A DNA stretch of 36,187 nt from a virus (lineage: Duplodnaviria; Caudoviricetes): positions 1 to 36,187 of the IMG/VR virus record IMGVR_UViG_3300036975_000041; one strand, written 5' to 3'. Of this stretch, positions 34,288 through 36,187 are shown in pieces (within the stretch, counting starts at the first letter, position 1; each line of letters starts with the position of its first letter). Under the pieces are notes generated by a model, which was given only the letters and a program-made list of their open reading frames with translations, was not told the origin of the DNA and did not search any database. The position numbers and the translations under genes were made by a program.

Positions 34288-35300
34288 TGAGTGAATGTTT
34301 CAATGAAATAATAGGACTAAAAGAAATATCACTATTCAAAAATGAATTTGTTAGACTGGTATATCCTGATATTTCAAATGAAACAGAAGTTAACCTGGAG
34401 GTTAATTATTCAAATACCGATTCAGTTCAAATAGAAATGCGTGAGCCTAAATGGCAAAGAATTGCTTCATACTCTCGAAATTATAAACAGAATTATCTTG
34501 ATGAATTTACCTTTATACTGTATGGATTGGACAGTGAAATTCCTGATATAATTAAGGCAATGCGAAATAATCGTTTGGGTTTTATTATCGCAATAAAAAC
34601 AACTGGAGGTAATGACTACGTTTTTCCTGCTCCTGTATTCCTTAATACTGAAAACACAAAACAAGTTGATTCTTATACCTGGTTAATCAGCTTATCATAC
34701 AAAGTTCCATCGTTTAGCGATAAGTTAACCTTACTGGATGCAATCTATAATGATGAATTAAGGATAATAGATGAAGAAATTGAAATAGTCGGAGTTAAAA
34801 AAATAGCATTATACATAAATGAAGATGTCAGGATCAATCGTCCTAATCCAAATGTAGAGAATGAAGTTGACTTAATCGCACATGCGCAAGGTTCTTTTGT
34901 CATTGATGAGGTTAAGGAAAATCCAAAATGGCAAAGGACAGTTTCTTATTCTGACAATTTTAATCAGGAATATTCAGACGAATTTACATTTCAGCTTAAC
35001 GGAATAGAAAACAATGTACCTGAAATAATCAGAAGCTTGAGAAATAATCGGTTAGGCTATGTAGTCGAAATTATAACAACAGGAAATAAAAGTTATGTTT
35101 TCCCCACTCCGGTATTTTTGAATGAAGAAAACACAAAACAAATTGATTCGCATAGTTGGAATGTTTCATTAGGTTACAGAGTGCCAACAAGTCAAGATAA
35201 ATTAAATAAATTAAACACTATACTAATGATTTACAGCTACGTACTAGGAGGCGGTGGAGATGTTGTCGGTGGCGGTGTAAATGATGTATTAATAGGTTAA
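34287..35300 (+). CDS. Structural protein with two tandem homologous (tail-tube-like) domains
   Basis: PKWQR..SYS.N..Q.Y.DEFTF.L.G...P.II...RNNRLG...YVFP.PVFLN.ENTKQ.DS occurs twice. Confidence 0.65.
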   Translation: MSECFNEIIGLKEISLFKNEFVRLVYPDISNETEVNLEVNYSNTDSVQIEMREPKWQRIASYSRNYKQNYLDEFTFILYGLDSEIPDIIKAMRNNRLGFIIAIKTTGGNDYVFPAPVFLNTENTKQVDSYTWLISLSYKVPSFSDKLTLLDAIYNDELRIIDEEIEIVGVKKIALYINEDVRINRPNPNVENEVDLIAHAQGSFVIDEVKENPKWQRTVSYSDNFNQEYSDEFTFQLNGIENNVPEIIRSLRNNRLGYVVEIITTGNKSYVFPTPVFLNEENTKQIDSHSWNVSLGYRVPTSQDKLNKLNTILMIYSYVLGGGGDVVGGGVNDVLIG

Positions 35301-35302
35301 TT

Positions 35303-36106
35303 ATGGCAAAAATATTGCAAGGTTCAGTTGAAGCAAAAAGGATATATGAATTTCTGATAAAGGCACTATCTACAGGCGATCTTACTGCTTACTATTTATT
35401 GATTGACAAACAAGGTAATGAGAAAGCATTGAGGGTTTCTTTAGCTCATTTGCTTGCATTCTCAGGAAGTGTTTTTTATGATGATGTTTTCAAGTTACTT
35501 AGCCGTGCGGATGATGATGAATTGACCTTTTCTTTAGCTAGTTTAACTGAGAACAGACAATTAACAGTACCGGATAAAAATGGAACAATAGCCTTATTAG
35601 ATGATATTGAAGACTCTTTTGATGATAACGATTTTGAGATTTTCAATAATTCAGATAATACTAAGCTGCTTAAATTCTTATTGTCATCAATTACGACTGG
35701 AACCACAAGAACATTAACAGTTCCAGATGTGAGTGGGTTAATGGCAGTTGCTGGCATGTTAGATGCCTTTCAGTTTGGTGGACAAGCAAATGGAGGTTAT
35801 TCGGTCGAAAGTTTTTCAGCGACAAAGACATTTGACCTAAACAACGGTGTAAGTCAAGAAATGGTAATAACAGGAAATATAACTTCTTTAACGCTAAGTA
35901 ATAAAGTAAATGGAGGCTCATATTTGATTTTTTTAGTCCAAAACGCAACTGGAGGATACACAATACCAACACCGGACAGCACTTTCGGAGGCAAAACAGA
36001 CAATAGTGCTGATTTTGTAACGGATGCAAATGCAGTAAATATAATAAATGTGAATGTTCGGCCAAATGGCACGACATATTATACCGTAGAAACTTATACA
36101 CCGTAA
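35303..36106 (+). CDS. Putative tail fibre protein
   Basis: Two 'L.F.L.S.T...R.LTVPD..G..A' repeats and C-terminal 'TFDLNNGVSQEMVITGN...GGSYLIFLVQNATGG' domain. Confidence 0.6.
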   Translation: MAKILQGSVEAKRIYEFLIKALSTGDLTAYYLLIDKQGNEKALRVSLAHLLAFSGSVFYDDVFKLLSRADDDELTFSLASLTENRQLTVPDKNGTIALLDDIEDSFDDNDFEIFNNSDNTKLLKFLLSSITTGTTRTLTVPDVSGLMAVAGMLDAFQFGGQANGGYSVESFSATKTFDLNNGVSQEMVITGNITSLTLSNKVNGGSYLIFLVQNATGGYTIPTPDSTFGGKTDNSADFVTDANAVNIINVNVRPNGTTYYTVETYTP

Positions 36107-36110
36107 AAAA

Positions 36111-36187
36111 ATGAAAATAGAAATACCAACAACTGAAATAGATGAAATCTACGTAAGCGATAGTGAAAGTATAAGGCCGGAAGCACT
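36111..36187 (+). CDS. Partial ORF running off the window end
   Basis: MKIEIPTTEIDEIYVSDSESIRPEA..., ATG 4 nt after the upstream stop. Confidence 0.5.
   Translation, partial: MKIEIPTTEIDEIYVSDSESIRPEA

Noticed and set aside
1-36187. Stop-codon reassignment, tRNA genes, introns or inteins
   Set aside because: Standard code gives dense, coupled ORFs of expected size; I saw no cloverleaf or interrupted core gene by eye (tRNAscan not run).

Overview
AT-rich, nearly complete genome of a tailed dsDNA phage, probably a siphovirus. The host is most likely Bacteroidota: TTTG-N19/20-TAnnTTTG promoters precede the main operons and Shine-Dalgarno motifs are largely absent. Modules in order: tail/tail-tip genes ending in the tape measure protein (1-10964); a convergent minus-strand accessory block with a PAPS-reductase-family gene, a C5-methyltransferase remnant and an excisionase-like HTH (11103-12864); head operon with Clp protease-scaffold, capsid, tail tube, portal and adaptor (12972-18291); early/regulatory genes behind a duplicated promoter-operator (18450-21856); recombination/replication genes (21925-29435); accessory genes (29493-31020); terminase, a -1 frameshifted tail chaperone and further tail genes (31243-36187). 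I recognise no integrase, reverse transcriptase, endolysin, tRNA or CRISPR array. The most notable signal is a family of attC/dif-like palindromic sites with covarying stems, an invariant CGTTTTAATG centre and AAC...GTT ends. They bracket the accessory genes at two separate loci, with complementary ends as expected for inserted gene cassettes, suggesting a cassette-capture system whose recombinase is supplied in trans. Other signals: a candidate kissing-loop RNA upstream of the replication initiator, a 62-bp duplication that scarred a DNA-modification block, and a 24x18-bp combinatorial repeat gene. All product calls come from motif recognition by eye; no database search was run.
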